From Hormiphora californensis (lineage: Eukaryota; Animalia; Ctenophora), in contig CM035355.1 in assembly GCA_020137815.1 (NCBI GenBank), positions 7,874,001 through 7,938,000 on the forward strand: a stretch of DNA of 64,000 nucleotides. The letters are read 5' to 3'. The translations under genes and the position numbers were made by a program. Positions 1-12,000 of the stretch are shown piece by piece. Numbering within the stretch: the first letter of the stretch is position 1; each line of letters begins with the position of its first letter. The notes under the pieces are model-generated. The model searched no databases, was not told the DNA's origin, and saw only the letters and a list, made by a program, of their open reading frames with translations.

Positions 1-969
1 ATGCATTAGAGTAAACAATAATAAATGGCAATCCGAGTTTTTATTAAAAATGAATCAAGTTTAGTTGGTGAAATAAATGATTAAAAAATGGTCATTTTTA
101 CCAAACATCGATTTTAACCGATTTTGACAAGAAATTGGTAAATTCAGGCGCTAAAAATTCGTACGGCCATTACACTTGATCGATATTGATGTTAGCTAGA
201 ATTTCGGCTCTCTATCTAAAAATTCATTTTTACGACTGGAATGAATCCTAAATGAACTTGAAAACAAAAAAGGTATTCCAAACCGGAATTTCACAGTCGC
301 CTTCGGGTAACGATTTCCTTTCAAACGCGACTAATTTTAGCTCAATTGGACCACCACAAGAGACACAGTGGCCACTTTTCCGACACTAGGTCTGGCCAAG
401 TGACCCCTATTGGACCGCTAGCGTCATTACTAAGTGCCAATAAGCAGGTTTAACGGTCGCGTATCACGTATCACATCTGCTAATTAGGACGGTATACCGA
501 TACAGCGTCCGTTAGAATGTAAGTTCTCTTGCTAACACGTCATAATTTGATGGGGATCACATGACCCAACCTAGGCTAGGTAAACTGGTCACTGTGATTC
601 TTGGGGTGATCCAATTAAGCTCAAACTGGTCGCGTTCGAAAGAAAATCGATAGCCAAACAAATTTGTAAAACTTTGGTACCAAAATATGATCCCGTTTTG
701 GCGTTCATTAAATGTTCATTCGGGCGAAAAAAATGAATTTTCATCCAGAGGACTGAAACTCCGGATTCCTCGAATGAGTAACCATACAAATATTGTGACA
801 AAATATCAGAGTGATTGAAATTAAATTTCTAGGAGAAAAGAAGGCCAACGTACCCTTAGTTTTTTTTGGGCCGCGCGGTATTTACGCTCTCGTATGATTG
901 TGTACAACTATACTTTTGCCCCGCTATAAATTCAGGTGATTTAAGTCTTTACCCCCGTTGTTAATTCAG

Positions 970-1785
970 GTGATAAAGCAGAGGGTCCAGGCACGTCAGG
1001 AAAGAAGTTCGATGGCAGCACTCAGGGCAGCTCTCAGAAGTGGGGGTATTTCCTCTCTATATGTGGGCTTCGGGGCTACCATCATGCGTGAGGTTAGTTC
1101 ATTTAGGAGTTCATAAATCAGTTGTTTCTATCTCTCACCACCCTTGGATTCATATTTCTCCCACTCCCTGATTGGCTGATAACCAGTCACATGACCTAAA
1201 TAACGAGTTCTGATTGGTTGTTTACTTGTTTCGGTCGGTTCCTGTTATATATCTCCCACTCTCTCCTAGATTCCGTTCGCGGCTATACAGTATCCTATAT
1301 GGGAGTTGCTGAAAACTCGTTATGCGGCTAGTGGCAGTGGTGTGGCTGCTGGGGCCTGTGGAAGTGTTGCAGGGGCCATAGCAGGTCAGGAACTAGCTAC
1401 TAGCACTCTTGGTATTTGGTGCCAGAGCACTGTGCTACAATTATTATATTGCTACAATTATTATATTGCTAAAATTATCATATTGCTAACGCAGTTATTG
1501 TGGTTAAATCGGTGATAATGTAAAGTCGGAGAGATCTGATAACAACACACTCCTCCCTCTGTAGGTGCCATTACAACCCCCATTGACGTTGTGAAAACAA
1601 GGCTGATGTTATCTAAAGAGCGACAATCCCTGGTAACCATAGTAACGGAACTCTCAGCGGAGGGGGGCTGGAGGGGATTCTTCCGGGGAATCGGACCCCG
1701 GGTGGGCTGGCTATCTATCGGGGGTTTTGTGTACCTTGGCTCCTATCAGACTGTTGTTGGTATTGTGTCGAGACACTTGCAGTAG
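970..1785 (+). CDS. SLC25A26: Mitochondrial S-adenosylmethionine carrier, last three coding exons (970-1092, 1270-1384, 1565-1785); 5' part lies outside the window
   Basis: Spliced translation VIKQRVQ...GFGATIMRE|IPFAAIQYPIWE...GAIAG|AITTPIDVVKTRLML...GFFRGIGPRVGWLSIGGFVYLGSY. Carrier signature Px[DE]xx[KR]x[RK] and a SAMC-like REIPF motif; GT-AG phases are consistent. Confidence 0.85.
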
Positions 1786-2301
1786 AGGGGACGTGTTTTT
1801 AACTAAGTTATTATTTTTGTAGGTCTGTGATATTAGGTTCCTTTTTAACTTTTATAGGTACACTGTGGTTTTGTTTCAATGTTTACACTGTTTGTAATTA
1901 ACCAGTAACCACTCTCTTTAACCACTGCCTTTAACCATTCCCCTATTTCTAGCACCATGAGAAACATAGCACCTCAACACGAAGCCCTTGTGGATTACTT
2001 TCACAGAGGTAATGATATGGAGTATACATGAGAAACTTTGTGACTTGTGTGCCATATGTTTGTCCCTTTTCAGCCATGTGGGGCGTTTGAAGCTCAAAAG
2101 ACGTAGCGCGCGATGAGTTAAGGTCAATACTATTCGCGCGTAACGCGCACATTTGTACCAGAACGCGGTCTTCGGTCTCAGTTTTACTGCAGCGGTGACA
2201 CAATCCAAACAGCAAACAGTCTGCTATGGGAAGACAATAGATAAAAACTGGTCCAAACCCTTGGTAGCCATGGTAACACGATTCCCTCCCATTCAGAGTG
2301 G

Positions 2302-2811
2302 ATGAGAACACAGAGCAGAATGAGGAGGAGTGCTGACAATACGGAGGTTAACGAGCTGACTATAAAATACGAAGAGAAACAGATCAACCCTGCAGTCAAA
2401 GGTATATCATTTCTATCCTAAGCTCTGTAAAGTTGTTAACTGTTAAGTTCGGCAAACTAAGATAAAAACGCCGAGTGCATCTTGCTGTGTCTTTTTGAAC
2501 TGGCAAGTTCTAATATCCACTTCGTTTTAGCCCCCAACTTCAAGGCATATGACTTCGACCACTTCAAGTCGCTGAAGCAAGCTGAAATGTGGCGACCCCG
2601 TAAGTCAGCCCCCTCAACCCCTGAGGAACCGATCCCAGCGGCAGCAGCGGCGTCATCACAGTCCCCGACTAATAGTAGCTCCAGCCTTGATGCCTCTAAA
2701 ACTATATACACAGACAACAAACAGATATATGGGGAGGGTGTGAAGTATAGTGATATTGCAGCCAAAGCGGCTAGCTCTGAGAAATATCAGCCGCCTCACA
2801 AGCGGAGTTAA
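2302..2811 (+). CDS. Small orphan protein, two exons (2302-2401, 2531-2811); 5' end uncertain
   Basis: In-phase GT-AG splice gives MRTQSRMRRSADNTEVNELTIKYEEKQINPAVK|APNFKAYDFDHFKSLKQAEMWRPRK...; no family recognised. Confidence 0.4.
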
Positions 2812-3048
2812 TGTGTCGTGTGATTTGTTATCGGTTAACGTGTATTTGTAACCTCTCTCTTTTCATCATTCTTTTCTTTCTTTCTCTCCCTTTCTCCTCC
2901 TTCCATTGGTTTTTCAGATGTTAAATTATACACACATTTTCCAACATATAGTATTTGTGTTGAGTGGTTTTCCTTTTACCCAAAACTGCTAATTTTATCT
3001 CTCTTCTAGTTCTGACACAATCTCTCTATCCCCCTCATTATTATAGCT

Positions 3049-6000
3049 ATGATGCTATGTACACGCGTGGCACCAAGGCTCACATCCTCTTCATCGCTGG
3101 TGCGGCATGGGAGCAGGGTGTACCCAGAACTGAGGAGGGGTGATTATAGCAGGATAGAGGATGGTGATGTGCAGATGTTTCAGAGATTACTGGGACCAAA
3201 TGCAGTAAGTTTAGTAGTAGTACACACTTGTTATCCCCCCCCCCATCTGATGACCCCCTCCACTCATACATGAAGCTCTAACACCTCATCTTGTTTGAAA
3301 TCTCCTGACTTGGGTCAGTCATTCCTAACAGTGCTGCTGTGCCACACCCCCCTAACTCAAAACAGCTAATAACTGCATTTTCTAGGCGAAACTTGTTGTG
3401 TGACACGCTCCCTCTACAAATCCTGCATTTTCTACTCCTAATAACTGCATTTTCTAGGTGAAAAGAGAGGATCTGGAGCACTACAACACGGACTGGTTGC
3501 ACACCGTGTCAGGATTTACTGAGTTGGTGCTCTGTCCGGGCAGTGTAGAGGAAGTATCTGCGGTGTTGAAGCATTGTAACGAACGGAAACTCGCTGTAAT
3601 ACCCCAGGGTGAGAACTTAGAGAAAATCTCGCCGCGGACCCCATCTGAGTGCACTGTCAGATTTGAGAATCAAATTGGGGTCTGGCGCTGCACCAGACAG
3701 GAGAACATGTAGAACAGTTCCACTCGAATCTCTCACTGCTGTGTCTGGCGCCGCCATACCCCGTTTTGAACCTCGAACTGTGCTCAGATCGGGTCGGCGC
3801 CGTCAGACAGTTTCACTAGGTTTGTTGTGTCTGGCGCCGCCATACCCTGTTTTGAACCTCACTGTGCTCAGATCGGGTCGGCGCCGCCAGATCACAGTTT
3901 CACTAGGTTTGATACATTTCCAACTTTCAAGGGCCGGGGATGGAAGTTGTGCTTATATAACCGTGATATTAACCAGGAACCGACCGAATCAGGAAATACT
4001 GGTCCCTAATTGGCTGATAACCAGTCACGTGACCTAAATAACGAGTTCTGATTGGTTGTTTCGGTCGGTTCCTGATATTAACCACACTGTTTCAGGTGGA
4101 AACACTGGTCTGGTAGGAGGTAGTAACCCCGTGTTTGATGAGATTGTCTTGTCGATGGAGAGAATGAGTGGCATCACCAACCTAGAACCAGAATCTGGGG
4201 TCGTGGAATGTCAGGCTGGGGTGGTCCTACAGGTTGGTAACATATTATATATGTGTGCATAGCAATCAGCATCCTAAATCATCCACTAATGCACTTGTTC
4301 TTCGAACGTTTTTACTACTAACGATAGATCAAGTGTATAAAATTGTACTTCACCGAGTTTAGAAGAAAAAAACAGCCAGAGCATGTCAAGAGTAACCTTT
4401 ATCTGGTTTCCATGGTAACCAATATAATCTGGTTTCCATGGTAACCAATATAATCTGGTTTCCATGGTATTTGTTCTCTGCAGGTGTTGGGAGACACGGT
4501 AGCACCCCATGGTTACACTCTACCACTGGACTTGGGAAGTAGGGGATCCTGTCAAATTGGAGGTAAAATAAACAGTGGGCAATTGGGGGAACTACTGCAG
4601 CTCCGCTTCATGTTCTAATTTATATTCCTTGCTCCCGTATAATATCCTTCATTATAATTGTAGTTACCAAGACCCAAATACTACTTAATAAACTGTTCTG
4701 CCTAGGTAACCTTGCCTCTCTCTGTGTTGCCTAGGTAACCTTGCCTCTTCACTACACGTGTTGCCTAGGTTACCGAGATTCAAATACCTCTGTGTTGCCC
4801 AGGTAACCTTGCCACGCATGCTGGTGGGCTAAGAGTTGTGAAGTATGGTCAGCTGAGGGGATCTGTACTGGGTATGAGAGTGGTACTACCTGATGGCCGT
4901 GTACTGGATAGCATGTCAAATATGAGGAAGGTGAGTCAAAATTCAAATAGCCGACAGCCGTTAGCCCAAAACCTTCAAAATATTCTCCCTCAACCCGGCC
5001 GACTTACCCCCTCCCTTACTAAATAATAGATCGTGCCATTTTCACAACTCATATCAATATGCACGTGTATGCACATGAGTGCTAGGGTTTCCGAATATAT
5101 TTGATGGATGTGCAACTTTGGTACAAAAAAGAGAAAACTCAATTTCTGGTCTTAACCCTTTGGAGACGATTGGGTCACAGGTGACCCACAACTTTGAACC
5201 CATATAGCGTCTTTCTAGACCATATTTGAAAGTTTTAAATCGTTTCCAGGGTTGAACCATACATTTTTCTAGCATTTTGAGGTCGTTTTGAGCCTCTGAA
5301 GTTGTCGACTTTGGAAAACAGGGCTAAAACAGTGCATTTGGTACGCAAAATGGGTAGTTTAATGGCCATATCTCAAAATTGGTACGAGTATACTTAAAAT
5401 GGACTTGGAAAACGCAAGAAAAGTGTGTATTTTACCCCGGGGTAAAGTTTCAGGGTGATATTCCAAATTTTGTGCCTCCCAGAGGCCTTCAAAGTGCTGG
5501 GTCACCTGTGACCCAATCGTCCCCTAACGCTAAAACAGGAATTTGCATTTTACGAGCATTTCTAAAGGAATGGCCCCCGATAAAAGTCTAAAACGGCATT
5601 TTTTAAACAGGTGCTAGCGACTAACCGACTCCATCATTGTTATCTCAACATCTTAGGGATTCGATGAAAAAAATTTTGAGATCCGTGCTCCTTCAGAAAA
5701 TTTTTCATCTCAGCCAATTTTGAAATTCTAAAATCGGCTACAGATGAGATAGAGAGGCCCATAGGGTGTGCAAACTGTGCAGAATGGCCGGGTTTATATA
5801 AGTGTTATGAACAAACATAGGGTCTAAAATGAGCGGTTTTCGAGTTATCGGGCAAAATAGCGGCAAAATCTCAATTCCTATTTTAGCGTTAGGGGACGAT
5901 TGGGTCACAGGTGACCCAATAGAAATACAGGTGGTAGAACCAAAATTCCTTTTCCTGCGTTCAAGTAGGTTCAAAGTGAGTGTCTCCAGAAAGTTTTAGA

Positions 6001-9000
6001 GAATTCTGTCGACAGGGGGCTTATCGTCCCCAAAGGGTTAAAAGAGCTTCAAAAATTTCTTTCAACTAGTCGTGAGTTTTCATCAGTTTTAACACAAGTT
6101 ACAAGATCGCTTGCACATTCGCTTGAACGCGGGCACAGTACATATGTAGTCCGCATTGATGGTACACTGGATACCCCATTCGTCCTTGCAGTCAGGGCCT
6201 GGAGTGGCAGTGGGAGGGGGTGTCTTGGTAGGTTCGGGCTCCACTGTGGGGCTAACCTGGGATGGGAGAGAGTTTCTGAGCAAGAGGCCGGGTGAAAACA
6301 ACAGCAATAAGGAGAGAGTGGTCAGTGGTGTTGTGGTGCCAACATATCTAAGAGGAACTTACTTCTATTGCAATTGGCAACTACCCAATAAACTCCATTG
6401 TCATGGCAACTACCCAATAAACTCCATTGCCTTGGCAACTACCCAATAAACTCCATTGCCATGGCAACTACCCAATAAACTCCATTGTCTTGGCAACTAC
6501 CCAATAAACACCATTGTCTTGGCAACTACCCAATAAACTCCATTGTCTTGGCAACTACCCAATAAACTCCATTGCCATGGCAACTACCCAATAAACTCCA
6601 TTGCCATGGCAACTACCCAATAAACTCCATTGTCTTGGCAACTACCCAATAAACTCCATTGTCTTGGCAACTACCCAATAAACTCCATTGTCTTGGCAAC
6701 TACCCAATAAACTCCATTGTCTTGGCAACTACCCAATAAACTCCATTGCCTTGGCAACTACCCAATAAACTCCATTGCCATGGCAACTACCGGGGGGGTT
6801 CCAACCTATTTCGTGTATGTTTGTACGGAAAAAAACAGGGCTTTCCTCAAACAAAAAAATACAAAAAAATACAAAAAAATACAAAAAAGTACAAAAAAAT
6901 ACAAAAAAATAAAAACAGTTTTATATGGTACAGTCGGACCCCGATTTAACGGCACCCTCGGGGGAAAGGGTTTTGTCCGTTAAATCGGGGTAGAGCATAT
7001 TTGGCCCATAAAACCCTATTTTTGTCCAAAATGCTATACTAAAACACCTCTAAGTGTTAAATACAATGTCCATGTATTGATTACATGATCATTTCTGGTT
7101 AGAAAAAGAAAAGAATTCAAAAAAGAATTCAAAAAAGTTATAAAAATACTATATCAACCACGTCCGAATCGTTTATCGAATCAGTGCATCTTATCGCATA
7201 TCTTGCTGCTAATTAGACGGTTCGAAACGAACCGATACGTGATCCCCATGGGGCCAGTTAAAATTGCGATTCAATGGGCCTCATGTGGATCACATATTTG
7301 TTCGTTTCGAACCGTCTAATTAGCGACAGGACATGCGATAAGATGCACTGATTCGAAACACGATTCGGACATGGTTGATATACATTTGAAAAATTTTCAA
7401 AAAAAGTTTCAAAAATTTTTTGGGGGAAATTTATCCTGCCGTTAAATCGGGGTGCCGCTAAATCGGGGGCCGTTAAATCGGGGTCCGACTGTAATTTACC
7501 ATTATTGTTCGAACTTTTACTGTTTTTAAACATTCTTCCACGCTATTTCACGCAATTTAGCACAAAATATATACATATTTTACATATGTAGCATGCCAAA
7601 ATCGCGAGAGAAATTTCCCCGAATCGCAATTTCTTACCGAGAAAATTTTCTCGAATCGTATTTTCTAAGCGAGAAATTTCCCCGAATCGCAATTTCTTAC
7701 CGAGAAAATTTTCCCGAATCGTATTTTCTAAGCGAGAAATTTCTCCGAATCGCAATTTCTTACCGAGAAAATTTTCTCGAATCGTATTTTCTAAGCGAGA
7801 AATTTCCCCGAATCGCAATTTCTTACCGAGAAAATTTTCTCGAATCGTATTTTCTAAGCGAGAAATTTCCCCGAATCGCAATTTCTTACTGAGAAAATTT
7901 TCCCGAATCGTATTTTCTAAGCGAGAAATTTCCCCGAATCGCAATTTCTTACCGAGAAAATTTTCCCGAATCGTATTTTCTAAGCGAGAAATTTCTCCAA
8001 ATCGCAATTTCTTACCGAGAAAATTTTCTCGAATCGTATTTTCTAAGCGAGAAATTTCCCCGAATCGCAATTTCTTACCGAGAAAATTTTCCCGAATCGT
8101 ATTTTCTAAGCGAGAAATTTCCCCGAATCGCAATTTCTTACCGAGAAAATTTTCCCGAATCGTATTTTCTAAGCGAGAAATTTCTCCAAATCGCAATTTC
8201 TTACCGAGAAAATTTTCTCGAATCGTATTTTCTAAGCGAGAAATTTTCCCGAATCGCAATTTCTTACCGAGAAAATTTTCTCGAATCGTATTTTCTAAGC
8301 GAGAAATTTCCCCGAATCGCAATTTCTTACCGTTTATGTAAAGCTGGGTTCCATTTATATTCATGTACATGTATTATTTATACTTTTTTCACGCACCCAC
8401 ATCCTTCATTATTTTTTTGTATTTTTTTGTATTTTTTTGTATTGATTGTATGGAAAAAAACAGGAATTTTGGATACTTTTATGTATGGTCCGTACAAAAA
8501 AATACAAAAAAATACAAAAAAATAGGTTGGAACCCCCCCCAACTACCCAATAAACTCCATTGTCTTGGCAACTACCCAATAAACACCATTGTCTTGGCAA
8601 CTACCCAATAAACTCCATTGTCTTGGCAACTACCCAATAAACTCCATTGCCATGGCAACTACCCAATAAACTCCATTGCCATGGCAACTACCCAATAAAC
8701 TCCATTGTCTTGGCAACTACCCAATAAACTCCATTGTCTTGGCAACTACCCAATAAACTCCATTGTCTTGGCAACTACCCAATAAACTCCATTGTCTTGG
8801 CAACTACCCAATAAACTCCATTGCCTTGGCAACTACCCAATAAACTCCATTGCCATGGCAACTACCCAATAAACTCCATTGTCTTGGCAACTACCCAATA
8901 AACTCCATTGCCATGGCAACTACCCAATAAACTCCATTGCCATGGCAACTACCCAATAAACTCCATTGCCATGGCAACTACCCAAGAAACTCCATTGTCT

Positions 9001-12000
9001 TGGCAACTACCCAATAAACTCCATTGCCTTGGCAACTACCCAATAAACTCCATTGTCTTGGCAACTACCCAATAAACTCCATTGCCATGGCAACTACCCA
9101 AGAAACTCCATTGTCTTGGCAACTACCCAAGAAACTCCATTGTCTTGGCAACTACCCAATAAACTCCATTGTCTTGGCAACTACCCAATTAACTCCATTG
9201 TCTTGGCAACTACCCAATAAACTCCATTGCCTTGGCAACTACCCAATAAACTCCATTGCCTTGGCAACTACCCAATAAACTCCATTGCCATGGCAACTAA
9301 ACTCCATTGTCTTGGCAACTAAACTCCATTGCCATGGCAACTACCCAAGAAACTCCATTGTCTTGGCAACTACCCAAGAAACTCCATTGTCTTGGCAACT
9401 ACCCAATAAACTCCATTGTCTTGGCAACTACCCAATTAACTCCATTGTCTTGGCAACTACCCAATTAACTCCATTGTCTTGGCAACTACCCAATAAACTC
9501 CATTGCCATGGCAACTACCCAGTAAACTCCATTGTCTTGGCAACTACCCAATAAACTCCATTGTCTTGGCAACTACCCAATAAACTCCATTGTCTTGGCA
9601 ACTACCCAATAAACTCCATTGTCTTGGCAACTACCCAATAAACTCCATTGCCATGGCAACTAAACTCCATTGTCTTGGCAACTCAACTCACCTCGTCGCC
9701 CATGGAGATGATCACACTGTGGTCGTACAGTTTACAGTTGTGGTGGTTCCTGGCCATGTAGATGTAACCCTTGTCTCCCCAGCTCCCTCCCCAGGAATTC
9801 TTGATGGCCAGGGATTCCGAGTTATACCTGGTAGAGATATTTGTTAGTTCTCGATGGATTCGGAGTTGTAACTGGGGATATTAGTAAAGATATTAGTTAG
9901 ATTCTAGGTGTAACTGTTATCAGTTGAATAGTGTGTGAATAGTGTTTTAGTTCTCGATGGATCTGGAGTTGTCCCAGATTATAACTTGTCATCCTACATG
10001 TTACATGACTCTAACGTCGCACACGCAGATAGTAGGCCTGGTTCGGAGTTGGTTCCCTTGTCAACGCACGAATGTCGATGGGTTATTTTGTAACCAAAGT
10101 TCGGAGAAGGCAGTCTTTTGTATCAAGACTGAAGACAACATATAGTCTACCCACAGCAGTAACTTACTAAACTAGAGTTCCAGATATAACCTGTCAGAGC
10201 ATTGGCCTGACCCTATTCTCATTTCGCGAGAACTGTGGTCAGAGCATTGGCCTGACAGGATATATAACTTACCCGACTAGGGTTACAGCGTGATTGGGAC
10301 TTCCAGTACAACTTGTGTCCTTGAAGATGCCCTTCCTGTACGACTGGCATTTGGCGGTAACCTGAAAGTGAGTTTCTTACTTTAACTAGAGAGAGAACTG
10401 TGAGTTTGTTACTTTAACTAGAGAGAGAACTGTAGGGAATTCGAATCCACATTGCTCTCTAATAGCTCTCTCTCTCTCAGCTGTAGTCGCCATGGTAACA
10501 CAAATACCTTAAAAGCGACAGCGATGGGTCCCTGAGAGAGTCCAGCCACATGTGCATCCTCCGTCTTGGGCACCTCGTACATGCCTGTCACGGCAACCTG
10601 GAGTCCATTCTTCTTACCGGAATAACTGTAATAGGGATATATAGTGGTTTATCCATGCTATGAAGAAATGCTGGCTGATTGGTCATCTGCATGACAATTG
10701 CAGGTACACGTTATTACGACACTCTGTCTGTTATAGTGAAAGCTGGGCCACTTGTCACCAGAAATATAATAATATATAATAGCATGCTTACTTGCAAGCG
10801 CCATCCTTGGCCCTGTACTTGACGGCACTGGCGGGAGCGAGCCTCTGGTTGTCTTGCATGTACTTGAAACAGTCGTGCATCCACCCTCCTGGAAATAATG
10901 AACAGGGATGACCTGGTCACCATGGCAACCCCCCTGGTTACCTGCATTCTAGTCACCATGGCAACCCCCCCCCCATATACTTGAAACAGTCGTGCATCCA
11001 CCCTCCTGGAAATAATGAACAGGGTGCCAGCACAACACTATAATGGTACACCCGCACAGTCGTGCATCCACCCTCCTGGAAATAATGAACAGGGATGAAC
11101 CTGTCAGAGAGCATTGGCCTGACCCTATTCACGCGTGAGAACTGTGGTCAGAGCATTGGCCTGACATTGACCTGACAGGAACGAGCAGATAAAAGGGAAT
11201 GAAATGAATATTTTAGACAGTATACTTCCCACTATACCAACCCCACTATGAGAGAAAGAGTCTCCACGTGCTGTAACAACAATAACCTTGGCATCCATCT
11301 CGTTTACCCTCGTAGACCCTGGTTACCTACATCATATTCACTATGGCAACCCCCTGGTTACCTGTATTCTAGTCACCATGGCAACCCCCTGGTTACCTGC
11401 ATCATAGTCACCATGGCAACCCCCCTGGTTACATGCATCATAGTCACCACCCTCATCAGAATGTCGCTCGGCAATTTCCGCATTGGCTCGGTGATTGGTT
11501 CGGTGACAACAGGTGGTTTGCCGAACCAGTGGTTCGGAGAGTCAAGGAGGTCGCCGAAAACTTACCGCACAAGGCCGCATGGCTCGGCAAACCACCTGTT
11601 GTTACCGAACCAATCACCGAGCCAATGCGGAAATTGCCGAGCGACATTCTGATGGGGGCATGGAAACCCCCCTTACCCCCCCTTACCTTGGCATCCATCT
11701 CGTTGATCCTCGTAGACACAATCCAGCAACTCCTGTTCAGCGAAGGCCTTGAGACTCTTAGTCTTGCTAAAGTGGACACCCTCAATTGATCCTACAGCTC
11801 CAAACGACCAACAGGATCCACATCTAGAGAAGGGGTGTGAGTTTCTTACTTTAAGGGTACACCTCGGCAAAATTTTTGTCGAGTGCCCGCTTAGCTCTCC
11901 ATATGGGGTTGTAGGGCATACCAAGCCGACCTCAAATATGCAATTTTAGCCCTTAACTCGAATTCATATTTTTGCTACAGCCCCTCAAAGTTTGACCCTA

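Larger units (their letters stand above)
6792..8539. mobile_element. TIR element with GG termini and 8-bp TSD (Mutator- or Merlin-like), non-autonomous
   Basis: CAACTACC|GGGGGGGTTCCAACCTATTT ... AAATAGGTTGGAACCCCCCC|CAACTACC; inserted into the 29-bp array. Confidence 0.8.
6373..9682. repeat. 29-bp minisatellite (TTGGCAACTACCCAATAAACTCCATTGTC and ...TTGCCATGGCAAC variants), split by a TE into about 6373-6791 and 8540-9682
   Basis: Directly visible tandem array in the last cathepsin intron. Confidence 0.95.

Noticed and set aside
1-880. Probable transposon fragment with an imperfect inverted repeat (about 319-372 vs 586-640)
   Set aside because: Termini and TSD cannot be defined because the window cuts the element.
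7543-8370. 275-aa repeat ORF as a protein
   Set aside because: It is a by-product of a stop-free 63-bp tandem repeat inside a transposon.
6373-9682. 29-bp repeats as a CRISPR array
   Set aside because: Units are head-to-tail with no unique spacers, there are no cas genes, and the context is a eukaryotic intron.
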